Assembly: GCA_044892525.1 (NCBI GenBank)
Contig: CM097888.1
Location: 52,762,001 to 52,826,000 of the forward strand
Direction of reading: 5' to 3'
Source: Schmidtea polychroa
Lineage: Eukaryota
DNA length: 64,000 bases
Shown here: in pieces, positions 45,212 through 57,810 of the stretch
Numbering within the stretch: position 1 is the stretch's first letter
How the letters are laid out: each line of letters opens with the position of its first letter
Notes under the pieces: generated by a model
What the model saw: only the letters and a program-made list of their open reading frames with translations
What the model was told of the DNA's origin: nothing
The model's database searches: none
Translations under genes and position numbers: made by a program

Positions 45212-46260
45212 TGTTGGGTCGGTTCCCTCTGACTCCTAGTGTTCTTTAAATCAAAACAATGAACGACCCAACGTATATTGAAACAACAGGTTCACAATTT
45301 ATTATCACCACTTTACAATCACTAATCAAAGTTCCGTTTGTACGATTCTCCGCTCGGCGTTGATGCTTTGCAAATAGATAATATTCACCTTTTATTCCTT
45401 TAGATTCTCTTGACCCACGTTTTCCTCGGTTTCTGTTTGATCTGATTTCTTGTTCACCTTTCCGTATTCCTAATTCTATTTCTCCTTTTCCCTACTTTCC
45501 CTAATTCGTTTTCGCCTTTTCCTAAGCTCTGTCTCTTCCAACCTTAGCTGAGGCAAAATGCCGATTTTCTCTGATTTCCCCTTGCCTTATATACTCCTCG
45601 AAATCAGGATGACAAATGGTTATTGCCGAGCCAATCTTTCATTTGACATTTGCTCCCAGGTATTTGCTTCGCCTGTCACCCATAATGGTCCAACGAATCC
45701 AGATAATTAATGGCCCTTCCGGTCTTCCTACGCGCGCTATCTTCTCCTTGCTCTTTTCCCATTAATCATTGTGTCAAGCTAATGGGCCCAAATCTTCCTT
45801 CTGTTTGCTTTTCTTCTTGTTTACCCAGCTCGGGTTTCCTTTATCTCTCGGGTTCTCCATTGGCTCGGGTTTCCCATTAGCTCGGGTTTTCCATTAGCCA
45901 ATTAATTAATTAATTAACGTTTTCTGTTTTCATACATTTGAATGCTTTTCGACCCTTCCTAACCATTTTCTGATAAATCCCTAATCATCATCTTGTTGAC
46001 CATTAGCTAATCTATACCTGTCCCGTTTTCCCCATTCGATTTCGATGATTTTACCATTTATTGATTTTTCTCGGATTTCCGGATTCTTGCCTTTCGTAAT
46101 TGCTTTTGGCATTTTCTAATACTGCTTCCATCACACTTTCCTTTACTATTGATTCAGTGCATGATCCCGCTTTTATTTGTCTTTTTTCTTCGCTTACTTG
46201 CAATTTGAATTATTAGCCTAAATTTCATTTAAATTTTATTTTAATTTACGGACCTCAACA
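45212..46260 (-). mobile_element. Solo LTR, 1049 bp (same family as 38527-39517)
   Basis: Termini TGTTGGG...CCTCAACA; perfect 4-bp TSD ATAC; shared 17-bp repeat block and CCTTATATACTCC. Confidence 0.87.
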
Positions 46261-46576
46261 ATACTGTATCAGTAATATATTCTTATTATATACTTAATTC
46301 GGTTTTTATTGTTGTGAGGGTCCCGGGCCCCAAATTATTATTGGTAGTTTCAATCATTGTTAATAAACAGATTTAAACTAAAATTTATTCGGTTTGATTT
46401 TTAATTTTCGCCTGTGCGTAAATCAGTCACTGAAAATGATCTATGTAGAGGGAAAGTAAAATTGAATACTCTGAAGTGGCTAGAATACACAAATATATAT
46501 ATAATTTCTATTAATTTTGTATATTTAATCATTAATATCCGAAATCAGTGAAAATTAAAATTTAATGAATATAAAC

Positions 46577-46900
46577 TAGTGGTTCTCTATTAATATAAAA
46601 GCGTGGACATCATTCACATGATTTTTTTTACGCGGAACACTGACAAAAAATACTTGCCAATCACAAATTACTATAAATCTGTCGTAGACGTAAACAATCC
46701 CTTCTTGTAAGCAAAGAAAAAAGCACGCGCAACAATAAAAAGCAATAAAAACACTTTTGTAAGTATATATCTGTGTAACGGCTTTCTTATTGAATCATCT
46801 TATAAAAAAATTAATTAAGGTTTTTGATGAAATTTATCTTAAATGCAAATTTAAAGATAATATATCATTTTTTTCACTGAAAAAGGGTTGAGAACCACTG
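46577..46900. mobile_element. Probable decayed hAT MITE
   Basis: Termini TAGTGGTTCTCT ... TGAGAACCACTG; no matching TSD. Confidence 0.45.
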
Positions 46901-47203
46901 CTTTAATATAATATAGATCGGAGCCATTTGGAGAGGTTTAATAAATTAAAGAAAGTTAATTTTATTTCAAAATCTGGCTCATTAAATTATTAGTAACGAT
47001 TTAATAATTCAGATTTGATGCAGTTCAACAATTAAAGAATATTTATTAAAAATTAAGGAAAAAAATCACCCAAATTTCTTAATTTAGGCTTGGATGGAAA
47101 TTATTCATAATTAAAATCTGATAATTGATTATTTGGCCGCATTTTTACACAATTTTCACGGTTGTTTTTGTTTTCATATTAAATGATTTTTAAAATATTT
47201 TAA

Positions 47204-48803
47204 TTACATTTTCTGGTGACCCTGTCGATTTGAGATTATTACTCGTCCATCATTCCCCATGGAATTTTGTAGGAAAAATTCAAAAATGCCCCCCGCCTTA
47301 ATGATTTTATTTATTACTGAAGCTTACCAATTTACAATACTCCATAAATTCATCTTTGGTAATTATTCCGTCCTTGTTCGAGTCCACGGCCTATGATAAT
47401 TATATATAAAATTATATTTTACGTATTAGTAATTTTTTTAATTGCTAGAGTTTGTAGAAATAAATAATATATTTTGACTGTCACTTTTGTTTTCATTGAA
47501 GTCATTTTGCATATATATCTGAGCGTTAAATTAAAGGTTTCATGACTTGGTTAATGTAGCGTAGTTGAATATTTGAATGCTTGATTTTGCCGTTTTCACA
47601 CAACCATATCGAAAATTAACAGTAAGAACAGCTCGTGTTTCACACGGAACCCCACATACACAACATTACGAATTTATATTCCCATTCTGAATCAAATCTT
47701 GGGACATTTGGCTCTTAAGGTGTTTCAAGGACGACGAAAGTTTAAATTGTCGGTGGTTTATCAAACCAATAAATATTGAATACAACAAATGGTTTTAACG
47801 ATTACAATAACACCAATTACTCAATGCAACTCAAAAATACTCAGGTTCTTTTAAAAACCCTTCAGGAAGAACCCCACTTTCGGAACACTTAAATTATAGG
47901 ACCAATTAACTGTTATTAGTGGCTGACACCTCGCATAATTAATTCCTGCCTTAACTTAAACAATTTCTGGTAGTTTGTTCGATTATCACTGGCTTATTGA
48001 TTTACCAATTATATTCCTTTTTCTTCTTCTATTTGGCTATTTCGTTTTATCCTTTATTGAATAGGGTTTAACTTTCACCTTTTTTCTCTTGGAATTTGAG
48101 GGTGTGGCATCACTAATTGTAGTCATTTCTCCCCGATCATTTTTTATTAATTTTGGAACATTATTTAATTTTTTTGTTATTCAGGTATGTTCACTGTATG
48201 TTTTCCTATCCAGGTATCCTCAACAAAACAAACTAGCTATAACCAGTTTTGGAATATAGGATGGCAAAATATGAAAATAATCAAGAGCCGCTAATCTACT
48301 TGCATAGAAGATAAGTAAGAAAGTTCTTGCCATTCAAGAAAAAAAGACGAATTCATAACTTACCGTATTCATTAAAAATTATTTATCCACATGCTGCTAT
48401 ACACATTTGAAAATTTGCATTTATAGAAATTGGAATTTATAATTATTATCTTACTTGAAATAAAGATTCCGCATGATGTCGCCATACATCTTCTGTAATC
48501 GGAGGCACTGTATGTTTTCCTATCATGTCATAAACTGCCCTCACAATTTTCAACATGTCAGCAAGAAAAATGACACCTTTGTTGCTTGTATCATAGAACC
48601 TAAATATCCATTCCAATTTTTCATTTATTGTACCACGCGCTAATATGGACACATTTTCCACGATATCCTATGTAATAATAAATGATAGAAATGTTAATAA
48701 AATAATACTTCAAATGAAAGGGAACCAGAATTGCCCTTATCGAATGAGCTGAATACCCATTCTGCATATCTCGATGCGTCTAAAATGAATATAATAATAA
48801 TGA

Positions 48804-48847
<44 letters not shown>

Positions 48848-50771
48848 TTAATAAGGCTCATTTTACAAGATATTAGCGTNNNNNNNNNNNNNNNNNNNNN
48901 NNNNNNNNNNNNNNNNNNNNNNNNNNNNNNNNNNNNNNNNNNNNNNNNNNNNNNNNNNNNNNNNNNNNNNNNNNNNNNNNNNNNNNNNNNNNNNNNNNNN
49001 NNNNNNNNNNNNNNNNNNNNNNNNNNNNNNNNNNNNNNNNNNNNNNNNNNNNNNNNNNNNNNNNNNNNNNNNNNNNNNNNNNNTAAATGAAATCGTATCA
49101 CAAACTTACAGTGCAACCTTTATCAAGTGTTAGTCGATCGATCAGTTTATTTATAACACATGTGAATGAAAAAATATACAATTCTGGTCCCATGATGGCA
49201 TCACTCAGAATATATTTTTAGTTTTATTGTATAAATAATTTATTTTTCACTTAATTAAAATATATAAGTCCTTAAAAAAAGAAAACCTAATAAGATTTAA
49301 ATAAAACGTTGTGGTCCAAATTATATAACTGGTAGCACTGGTAAATGTTGTAAATGGACTTAAAGTTCTGCGATTCACTTAAAATCCTCAACTGAGGCTC
49401 ATTTTACAAGATATTAGCGTNNNNNNNNNNNNNNNNNNNNNNNNNNNNNNNNNNNNNNNNNNNNNNNNNNNNNNNNNNNNNNNNNNNNNNNNNNNNNNNN
49501 NNNNNNNNNNNNNNNNNNNNNNNNNNNNNNNNNNNNNNNNNNNNNNNNNNNNNNNNNNNNNNNNNNNNNNNNNNNNNNNNNNNNNNNNNNNNNNNNNNNC
49601 TATAAACTAAAACCATAAGTTACCTCCTTGTGGGAAAAACTGGCAATAAATCAGCTTGAAAGATTCCCTGTTAATGATACCCGTAGGACATTCCTAAAAT
49701 AGCGAATGCTAATACTTTCTAACATAAAGAAGTTTAAACAGAAACTAATTGAAATTTTTGTTTTACTGTAATCAATACAGCTGTAATTACTGAGATGCAT
49801 AAAAAGGAATGAAATGCAAATATCGAGTTCTGATGGAAAATTCATCAAAATTAAAACAAAAGATGAATGGGAAAATAATCCTCGTTCATAAAGATACACA
49901 GACATAAAAATAAATTTTTTTTTGTCTTAAATAATAAGATGTTGAAATTTCGATTTTAAATTGATATTTTTCCATTTTTACTAAATAATTTATTGTTTTA
50001 ATTGCTATCATTTAAATAAAAAAACATTTTTCCTAGAGTTTTATCAGACGTAATCACATATTTCTGTTTAACATCCCGGAAAAAATTTAATAATGCACAA
50101 ATATATTATCATTATTATTAGCATTCTTAGTTTATTAGTATTATCTTTGCTAAAGGTTAATAATTTTTTTATTTATTTTTTATACAAAATAAATCAATAA
50201 ACATGAAACAAAAGAAAATAAAATATNNNNNNNNNNNNNNNNNNNNNNNNNNNNNNNNNNNNNNNNNNNNNNNNNNNNNNNNNNNNNNNNNNNNNNNNNN
50301 NNNNNNNNNNNNNNNNNNNNNNNNNNNNNNNNNNNNNNNNNNNNNNNNNNNNNNNNNNNNNNNTACCATAATTAAATTTAAAATTTTTGCTCATTTAAAT
50401 AAACAATTTTAATTCCAAATGTAGTAAAACAAAGTAATTAAATTAATTTCTAGAATTTTCCGTAATTAGTGAAAAAAATAATTAAATTAAATTTTCATTT
50501 AAAATTAATATTTAAACATTATGTTAGAAATTATCCAATGTCTCACTTGTTTGAATCCTCGATACATTATTTGAAGCTCTCTCTTACTGAAATTGACCTT
50601 CTTCACCAATTCATGCAACGAAACGGGCCGATATCTCAAAATGTTCAGATCAAGATCCTCAAAATCATTGTCTAAAATAAGAAAGAATAATAAAATATAC
50701 GCAATTACCAAATCATTGGCCCATGAATGAGTTCCAGTTGGGCTCATTACTGGGCCATCTTTAGCTAACAA
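47204..50771 (-). CDS. KCNIP: Kv channel-interacting protein / neuronal calcium sensor; core exons 50671-50547, 49693-49624, 48779-48709, 48667-48455, 47390-47328, tentative last exon 47296-47204; N-terminus uncertain
   Basis: Spliced product RYRPVSLHELVKKVNFSKRELQIMYRGFKQ|ECPTGIINRESFKLIYCQFFPQG|DASRYAEWVFSSFDKGNSGSLSFE|DIVENVSILARGTINEKLEWIFRFYD...|AVDSNKDGIITKDEFMEYC; matches KChIP motifs RELQxLYRGFK, ECPSG, FFPxGD, RGTxxEKLxWxFxLYD; all phases consistent. Confidence 0.9.
48455..48779 (-). CDS. KCNIP: KChIP-like exons 48779-48709 and 48667-48455 (41-nt intron)
   Basis: EF-hand 2-3 region; overlaps ORF 48446-48661. Confidence 0.9.
50547..50671 (-). CDS. KCNIP: KChIP-like first core exon
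   Basis: DNDFEDLDLNILRYRPVSLHELVKKVNFSKRELQIMYRGFKQ; donor GTGAGA at 50546. Confidence 0.88.
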
Positions 50772-51617
50772 ATCACAAAGACTTACTTAGGGACTTCTTC
50801 TGATTTTTAAAGACAATATTTCGTATTATCATAAACATTTTTTTGTTTATCAAGAATAAATTATTTGGAATAAATTATTATCAACAAGAATTTATCGCTA
50901 CTTGACTTAAAGTAGAACTGCTAGAAGTCGTCTGGTAATATTTATTTATAATTAGAGCGTGTTGCGAAAAATATATACAGCTGTAGCCCTCTTCCCTGGC
51001 AGTATGCGCGCCTCAACTTATTTTCTTTTCTTGAAATGATTTCAGTATTTAGAACGGAGAAAGACACATCTGCTCCATGAGATAACACATTAGAATTCTA
51101 TTCAACTGATACAGGCCAATCGGCTCTCTTCCCGATTTCAGAAAATCTCCCATGTTATTTATTTGTTGAAAATTTTCTCCAAATCGTATGGATACATCTG
51201 AATTCGGATTTCCATCCCTGCCGAGTTTCACTTCGGTTAAAAGCCGAAATATTTCAGTTTGTCAAACGACATCATTTGGTGCTATATCATGACATGTTAA
51301 TCTTATTTTTATATTTTACATTTCATTTATNNNNNNNNNNNNNNNNNNNNNNNNNNNNNNNNNNNNNNNNNNNNNNNNNNNNNNNNNNNNNNNNNNNNNN
51401 NNNNNNNNNNNNNNNNNNNNNNNNNNNNNNNNNNNNNNNNNNNNNNNNNNNNNNNNNNNNNNNNNNNNNNNNNNNNNNNNNNNNNNNNNNNNNNNNNNNN
51501 NNNNNNNNNNNNNNNNNNNNNNNNNNNNNNNNNNNNNNNNNNNNNNNNNNNNNNNNNNNNNNNNNNNNNNNNNNNNNNNNNNNNNNNNNNNNNNNNNNNN
51601 NNNNNNNNNNNNNNNNN

Positions 51618-52350
51618 ATTTTATTAATAAAAATCGATATTCTTACATCTTTTTCACTATATTTCGATAGCATCACTATCATCATCAGGTTACCTACATT
51701 CACGACGGATGAATAACTATACTATATTGATAATAAATAAATTATAAAAAAATTATAAAATCTATAAATTTTTAAATTATAAATAACAATTTTAAACAAT
51801 TATTTTTAAAATAATTTTCAACAATCAATTATTTTAAACTTTTAAAATTATTTAAAAATATTATTTTAATTATTTTTTTAATTATTTAACATAACTATTA
51901 TTAATATACATCAACATACAAAAACTTAATTAAAAATGAATTAAATTTTTTAATTAAGTTTTTGTATGTTGATGTATATTAATAATTAAAAACATTCAGC
52001 ACACACGTATTCACTGCATTCTGCACATTGATTTTAGGATTAAAAGTTCTTATCAATAATGCTTCACAAATCACACTCTCAAAACAATTATCAAAATTTT
52101 TTGATAATATTTTCAAATCCGACATTCCTAATTCTCTCATACAGACTTTATTATGATCCTTAATATTGGACACTCGTTTCGGTCAACAGTGTTCTTACAC
52201 TCTAGTACAGAGATGACAGAAAGTCTCTCCAATGTATGTGGCATTACACACATTACATGTGAATTGATAAACGAGATCCGAACACAATCCAACTGGCGTT
52301 TGAGATTTATTAACAAACATTTTACGTAATTTGCACGATTTTGAATCATT
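51618..52350 (-). mobile_element. Penelope-like element 3' fragment (GIY-YIG coding end, AT-rich 3' region, hammerhead-like motif)
   Basis: Minus strand: LVYQFTCNVCNATYIGETFCHLCTRV*EH...CEALLIRTFNPKINVQ...VLNVF; 3' region homologous to 63343-63591. Confidence 0.85.
51650..51725 (-). ncRNA. Hammerhead ribozyme-like motif in the Penelope 3' region
   Basis: Minus strand: GUAUA^GUUAUU...GGUAAC CUGAUGA U GAUAG-UGAUG-CUAUC GAAA UAUAG; same strand as and ~250 nt downstream of the GIY-YIG ORF end. Confidence 0.6.
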
Positions 52351-52456
52351 CAAAAGGACTTTTGATGATGAGTTCGAAGTTCATACCCTTGAAGGGTCCA
52401 AGGTGCAAAAATTTTAAAACCTTATAATATATACCAAACAAAAGATAATTGATAGA

Positions 52457-52618
52457 TGAGTATCATGGTCATACCCTCAAAGGTCATACTTTCAAATGGT
52501 CAAAAATCTAAAAAAAAAGTATTATTTTCAAAATATTTTTTGTTTCAATGTATTATTTTCGACCCTTTGAAGGTTATTGACCCACCATACACCTTAGAGG
52601 GTATGACCATCATACTCA
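52457..52618. mobile_element. Small MITE-like element, 162 bp
   Basis: 22-bp TIR TGAGTAT(C/G)ATGGTCATACCCTC with one mismatch; no clear TSD. Confidence 0.6.
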
Positions 52619-52623
52619 CCTCT

Positions 52624-52626
<3 letters not shown>

Positions 52627-52668
<42 letters not shown>
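52627..52668. repeat. (AT)n microsatellite
   Basis: About 21 units. Confidence 0.97.
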
Positions 52669-52671
<3 letters not shown>

Positions 52672-53210
52672 AAATTTTTTGAAATGAGTCATCGATGAGT
52701 CACCTGATGAATCATCAAATGAGTCATACCGACGAGTATTCAAAAAATTTTCTGTGTATTTCATATACCCCCTCATTTATGACTCATATGTCTTTGTTTA
52801 ACGATTAGTCATGGAGCACACTTCCTTCTACTTATTTCATTTTATATATAAAGATTGCAAATTATTTATTTGAATGACTCCGCTATTGATAAANNNNNNN
52901 NNNNNNNNNNNNNNNNNNNNNNNNNNNNNNNNNNNNNNNNNNNNNNNNNNNNNNNNNNNNNNNNNNNNNNNNNNNNNNNNNNNNNNNNNNNNNNNNNNNN
53001 NNNNNNNNNNNNNNNNNNNNNNNNNNNNNNNNNNNNNNNNNNNNNNNNNNNNNNNNNNNNNNNNNNNNNNAAATAAATAGATAAACTATTTCCGTCGTTT
53101 TTAATATTTGAACATATAAGTATTTATTTAAAAATTAAATATTAATTTTCAAAGATTAATTATAAAAAATATTTTTAAAAACTTATTCTTAAATTAACAT
53201 TTTAAGTATA

Positions 53211-53600
53211 CAGGGTGGGGCAAAAAGATCTGACGCATTTGAAATTTAAATAAAACCAAATTGAAATAAATAAATAAATAAATATTTCTATTTCCCAAAT
53301 GTACATATAATGAAATTTTATAATATTTTAATTTACAAATAACATCAATCACATGTTCGCCGTTATTGTCCACACACTGTTGAAGACGTTTGTGAAAGTT
53401 ATCCACAACTCGGGTGCGATAAATATATACCTTCAATTTTAGGTATCCCTAGAGGAAATAATCACATGGATTCAAGTCAGATAATCGGCAGGCTAACCAA
53501 AGTCACATCGGAACGAAATTAAATGACCGCAGAACATTTTTCTCGAAATTTCAATTGGACGTTTAGATGTGTTGACTGTTGCACAATCTTGTTAGAAGCA
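53211..53600 (-). mobile_element. Tc1/mariner transposase 3' remnant with one TIR
   Basis: TA-CAGGGTGGGGCAAAAAG terminus at 53211; minus strand LSDLNPCDYFL*GYLK and NFHKRLQQCVDNNGEH match mariner SPDLNPxDYxLWGYLK and RLxxCIxxxGxH; upper boundary approximate. Confidence 0.8.
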
Positions 53601-54724
53601 AAAATTGATAATAAATAAAAATACTTTTTTTTATTATTGAAACAAATAAAAATGTTAAATGTTTATAAAATTACAATAATAAATTTAGTATGTAAATGCG
53701 AATGAAATATATGATGAATGAAATCTGTTCTTCTGAAAATATCGATATTTGACACTGAAAATTCTCCTCAAATATATTAAGTGTGTTTAAATAATATTGT
53801 AGAAAAATAGTGTTGTTTTTGAAATAAATACGAAATTCATGATAGCTAATAGAACATTTTCGACTTTAGCTGATCTTCCCGAGTGAAATTTTGTTTGTTA
53901 AAAGAATGTTAAAAAACAAAAAGTTTAATTAATTAATTAATTTAAAAATTCGTTTTGAACATTAATCATTAAAATATGTTGAAAAATTGTCGTTAGACAC
54001 AGAATACATTAAAATATTGAAGAAATATTTTTCAAATAAACTGTCAGTTTCAATACAAATTATTTATTCTCATTTAATTACGATATTTTATTACATTTCA
54101 AAATTTTCCATTAAACTCATCAAATCACAAAGGGGGCTGTGGATCAAATTATTGAGATTATTCATTAGCAATGTGATATGTAAACATAANNNNNNNNNNN
54201 NNNNNNNNNNNNNNNNNNNNNNNNNNNNNNNNNNNNNNNNNNNNNNNNNNNNNNNNNNNNNNNNNNNNNNNNNNNNNNNNNNNNNNNNNNNNNNNNNNNN
54301 NNNNNNNNNNNNNNNNNNNNNNNNNNNNNNNNNNNNNNNNNNNNNNNNNNNNNNNNNNNNNNNNNNNNNNNNNNNNNNNAACCAAGTCATTAGCGCAAAA
54401 TTAATTATATAATATTTTAAAGGCTCAAACAATAAAATTAATCTAAAATTTAACAGATTTGTCTGTGAGTTATTGGAATTCTGAAAATCGATTTCCGATT
54501 GTGGGAAACAATTAGATTGCTGCCATATAGAATTGGTAGAACTGTTACAGAAATTGTTCAATTGATTTAATGGCGATTTCTACAATTGTCCTCTTATGGA
54601 GATTCATGGACAATTTATGGGGAAATTAATTCAATGGGTCTGCCAGTCATTTCTCACTGACCAAATGAAATTATTGCATAAATATAAATTATTAAAGCTT
54701 GATATTATTCCCCAATAATTGGCA

Positions 54725-54885
54725 GCGTATTCTAGGTTTATAGCGCTATGATATAGTTACATTTCACATTACTGTATAATTTGTCATAATAACAGTTACT
54801 CTACTCAGTAGTACTTGTGCCTTGAATCTGCATTTCAATGCCGCCATTCGAGGGATTGTGACTGAACGCCTTGATTTCTGAACTC
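54725..54885 (+). rRNA. Decayed 28S rRNA fragment (same segment as 13500-13734, internally deleted)
   Basis: TACTGTATAATTTGTCATAATAACAGTTACTCTACTCAGTA aligns with TACTATATAATTTGTCATGATAATAGTAATTCTGCTCAGTA of the 13.6-kb copy; GGATTGTGACTGAACGCCT follows; sarcin-ricin loop deleted. Confidence 0.75.
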
Positions 54886-56725
54886 CACCTAGGAATCATA
54901 AACCAACCGCATTACACATTAAACTATTTACAGTCTGAATATGACGTCCTATGGACACCTTTAAAAAAATCATCAAGATTGACTTCGTGTCACATGCCAC
55001 CTAATATACACGTTAGATACCAAATGCCAATCAGTGGGTATTTCTTTTCTTTCCATAGGGTTAAGGCGCTCCCTTATGAGCATTTTGGACTGTGCTTTTA
55101 ATGCCACATGTCTAACGATGACCATAATCTACATTTTAAAATATTTTGATCCATTATATAAATTTTTCAATTTTGAAACTAATAAATTTTTATTGTATAT
55201 AAATAATTTTCTGTATGCCATTTAATAAATTACATAAGCCCCCCCCCCCATCTAATCGAATTTAATAAAACTAGTTAAAGGAAATTACTTGTGCTATTCA
55301 TTTAAGACAAATCTTTTTTTTAATAAATTACTTTTGTTACCTTTATCACATATTAAGTTCCATTATTATAATTAGCTAGCTATAACCCGTCCCAAATGAA
55401 GAAACCATGTTATCAATCAAAATACATAATTCTCCATAGATTTGTATGTTCAAAAAAAAGATTTCCCATTTGGTTATTTTAATTAAGCGTTATTCCGTAA
55501 TCACTTATTAACACACTTACATAGAGAATTATGTATTTAGAATATTGTTAGAGTTGCTCTTCTTTTCACTATTACTATCATATGAAGTTTTTCATTTATT
55601 ATCCCTGTAAATACATGTGAATAATAGATGAATTTAAAATATATTTATCAACTGATATAATAAAGTTGGATTTGAATGGCCATCGTTACAATCTGAAGTA
55701 AGAACTTCTTTTCGTATTTGTTCGATTTCGATGACTGAGATTGGCAGAAGCAAGCTAGCGGCGATAACTAAGTGTAAAATCTGTGTATAGTGAAGATTTT
55801 CACGAATCAAACAACAAACTTGAAATGTGAACTAATATTTCCATTTTGAAACTTTGAACACTGATGACACATAAATATATCAAGAACAAAGAGATTGATA
55901 TCGATATAATTATAAATTGGATGTTGAAATGAAACGGTACGGTGTTCTACAAATTGTTGCAATTCCAGATTTTTGAATACATTTTTAATTTTCTTTTGAT
56001 CAGTTGAAAAAATAAGGTAGCCAGATAATGATAATATTTAAACAATGTAATTTTTATGTTTTTCATCAATAATGAATTTGTAATTTTAATTTAAATAATT
56101 TAAAAAACTTAATAAAATGAAATAAAGTTAAATATGCATTTTCTTTACCTTTACATATAACAATATTTCTTTTTCATTTAGCATTATATTTTAATTATGT
56201 TAATTTTATATTTTCCTAGTTGAAATACCTTTACACAGAAGTCAAACAAAATATTATCAATTATATAAATATAGTAGTCAACCTAGATTGATCTTGTTTT
56301 ATTTTTCCATTTCTCAATTTCAACAATCATTCAGCAATTAAACTAGCATTAAAATCTTTTAGTAATTCAACCCTCATATTTCTTGTAAGTTTCATTTTTT
56401 GAATAGATACAATATATAGAATCAATAGAAGGAGCCCTCTGAAATGCCCGAGTATAAGAAATAATGTTTAGGATATGTTGGATGAATGGTGACATTCCCA
56501 ATTCAAGTACCCTAACCCATTTAGCTAATGGTCCTATCCCTAAACACTTATTAGTTAAATTTGAATATTCTAGCTTATTCATATTAAGATATTAACTTTC
56601 AATTATAAATGAATTTTTCTACAAAATCAATTAACTCAAGCTTCAATCAAATTAAAAAACAATTTTAAGTGTCAAGGTCACACTAATAGAAGAATATTTA
56701 ATAAACTTTAAAAATAGATATAAAG

Positions 56726-57414
56726 CAGAGCCGTAGCTAGGGCGAGATTGAAATTTGGCTCCTCTGGTGCCAAAAGAATCCACCACTCCCATTAATTATA
56801 TACTTGCAGGAATGAAATTGGTCTTGAAGAGTCAAATTAAGATGCAAAGCTATACAATGCTTAACCAAACTTATATTATAACGAAAACCAATTAATTATA
56901 AATATTTATTATACATGTGTATATACATTAATATTGAAAATTTATTTACTCCGTATTTATTAAACCTAAGTTCAGAGTTTTGATCATTAAATTCCTATTA
57001 AGGTAACTATTATAATATATTTGAAAAGATCAAGTGATCAACTTTAACATTTAACATTTAATTCTAAATAAAAGAAATTAAAGATAAATTAAATTAAAGA
57101 TTATCATCAATTGTCCTTCTTTCTTTCAAACGATTTTCAAGATCTTTCCAGGCTAAATTGCATTTTCTATGCTCAAAACTGTTTTCATGATCAGCCACCT
57201 TCTGATCTAGTCGCCCGTTTGCAAAAACCTTTAGATAGACCAGCAAAACAGTTTTGTTTTAGTTTAACTTTTGAAAACAGTAAACATGGAAAGCAGAATA
57301 TAAAAATTTAATATGAAAAAAAGAAAATCAAAAAAAATTTAAATGAGCATTTCACAGTTTTGGCGCCCTTCGACTCGGCGCCCAGGGCTACACCACCCCT
57401 TAGCTACGGCTCTG
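56726..57414. mobile_element. hAT MITE, 689 bp
   Basis: Perfect 14-bp TIR CAGAGCCGTAGCTA; perfect TSD ATATAAAG; GGCGCCC subterminal motifs. Confidence 0.92.
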
Positions 57415-57704
57415 ATATAAAGTAACAATAAAATATTAAATTATATCTATTTGAAGCAAGTACAAATATAATTATTGTGGTACTAAGCTATGACCCCCCC
57501 ATTCAACCCGTCATTAAGTCTGTTAGATGCCTGGTTTAGATGTGATTTTTATTTTAAAATATTTTGACTGATATTAAACTACTCATAATTATAAGTAATT
57601 TTTATTACGAAATATTTATTATTTTGGAACCGTGAAGAATAAACAAAAATGTTCTTTGATTATTCTTTGAATGGAAATGATATATTTTATGCTTAATGTT
57701 TTGT

Positions 57705-57810
57705 TTTAGTGGATACTATAAGGCATTGATTGCATAGTTGAATTATGTTGTCATGGTCAGCAATTCATAGACATTAATGTGGATTGGGACGGAAGTAGAA
57801 ATATTAAACT
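57705..57810 (+). mobile_element. Possible PIF/Harbinger transposase remnant
   Basis: LCCHGQQFIDINVDWDGS resembles VCDxxxRFxDVxxGWPGSxHD; short, no flanking support. Confidence 0.4.

Noticed and set aside
48192-48210. 19-bp intronic copy of KChIP exon sequence (CACTGTATGTTTTCCTATC, also 48506-48524)
   Set aside because: Too short and isolated to interpret; flanks do not extend the match.
48853-49420. AGGCTCATTTTACAAGATATTAGCGT present twice, each directly before an N-gap
   Set aside because: Likely duplicated contig end from scaffolding rather than biology.
51049-51231. ORF as KChIP first exon
   Set aside because: Overlaps a hAT-like terminus (CAGGGATGGAAATCC on minus) and has no suitable donor or family similarity.
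52690-52745. ATGAGTCA repeats with CTGATGA
   Set aside because: No GAAA partner; short repeats only, AP-1-like match not meaningful without other data.
54091-56582. Short minus-strand ORFs (54091-54561, ~55640-55775, 56367-56582) as exons of a further gene
   Set aside because: No recognisable domain and no consistent splice chain established.
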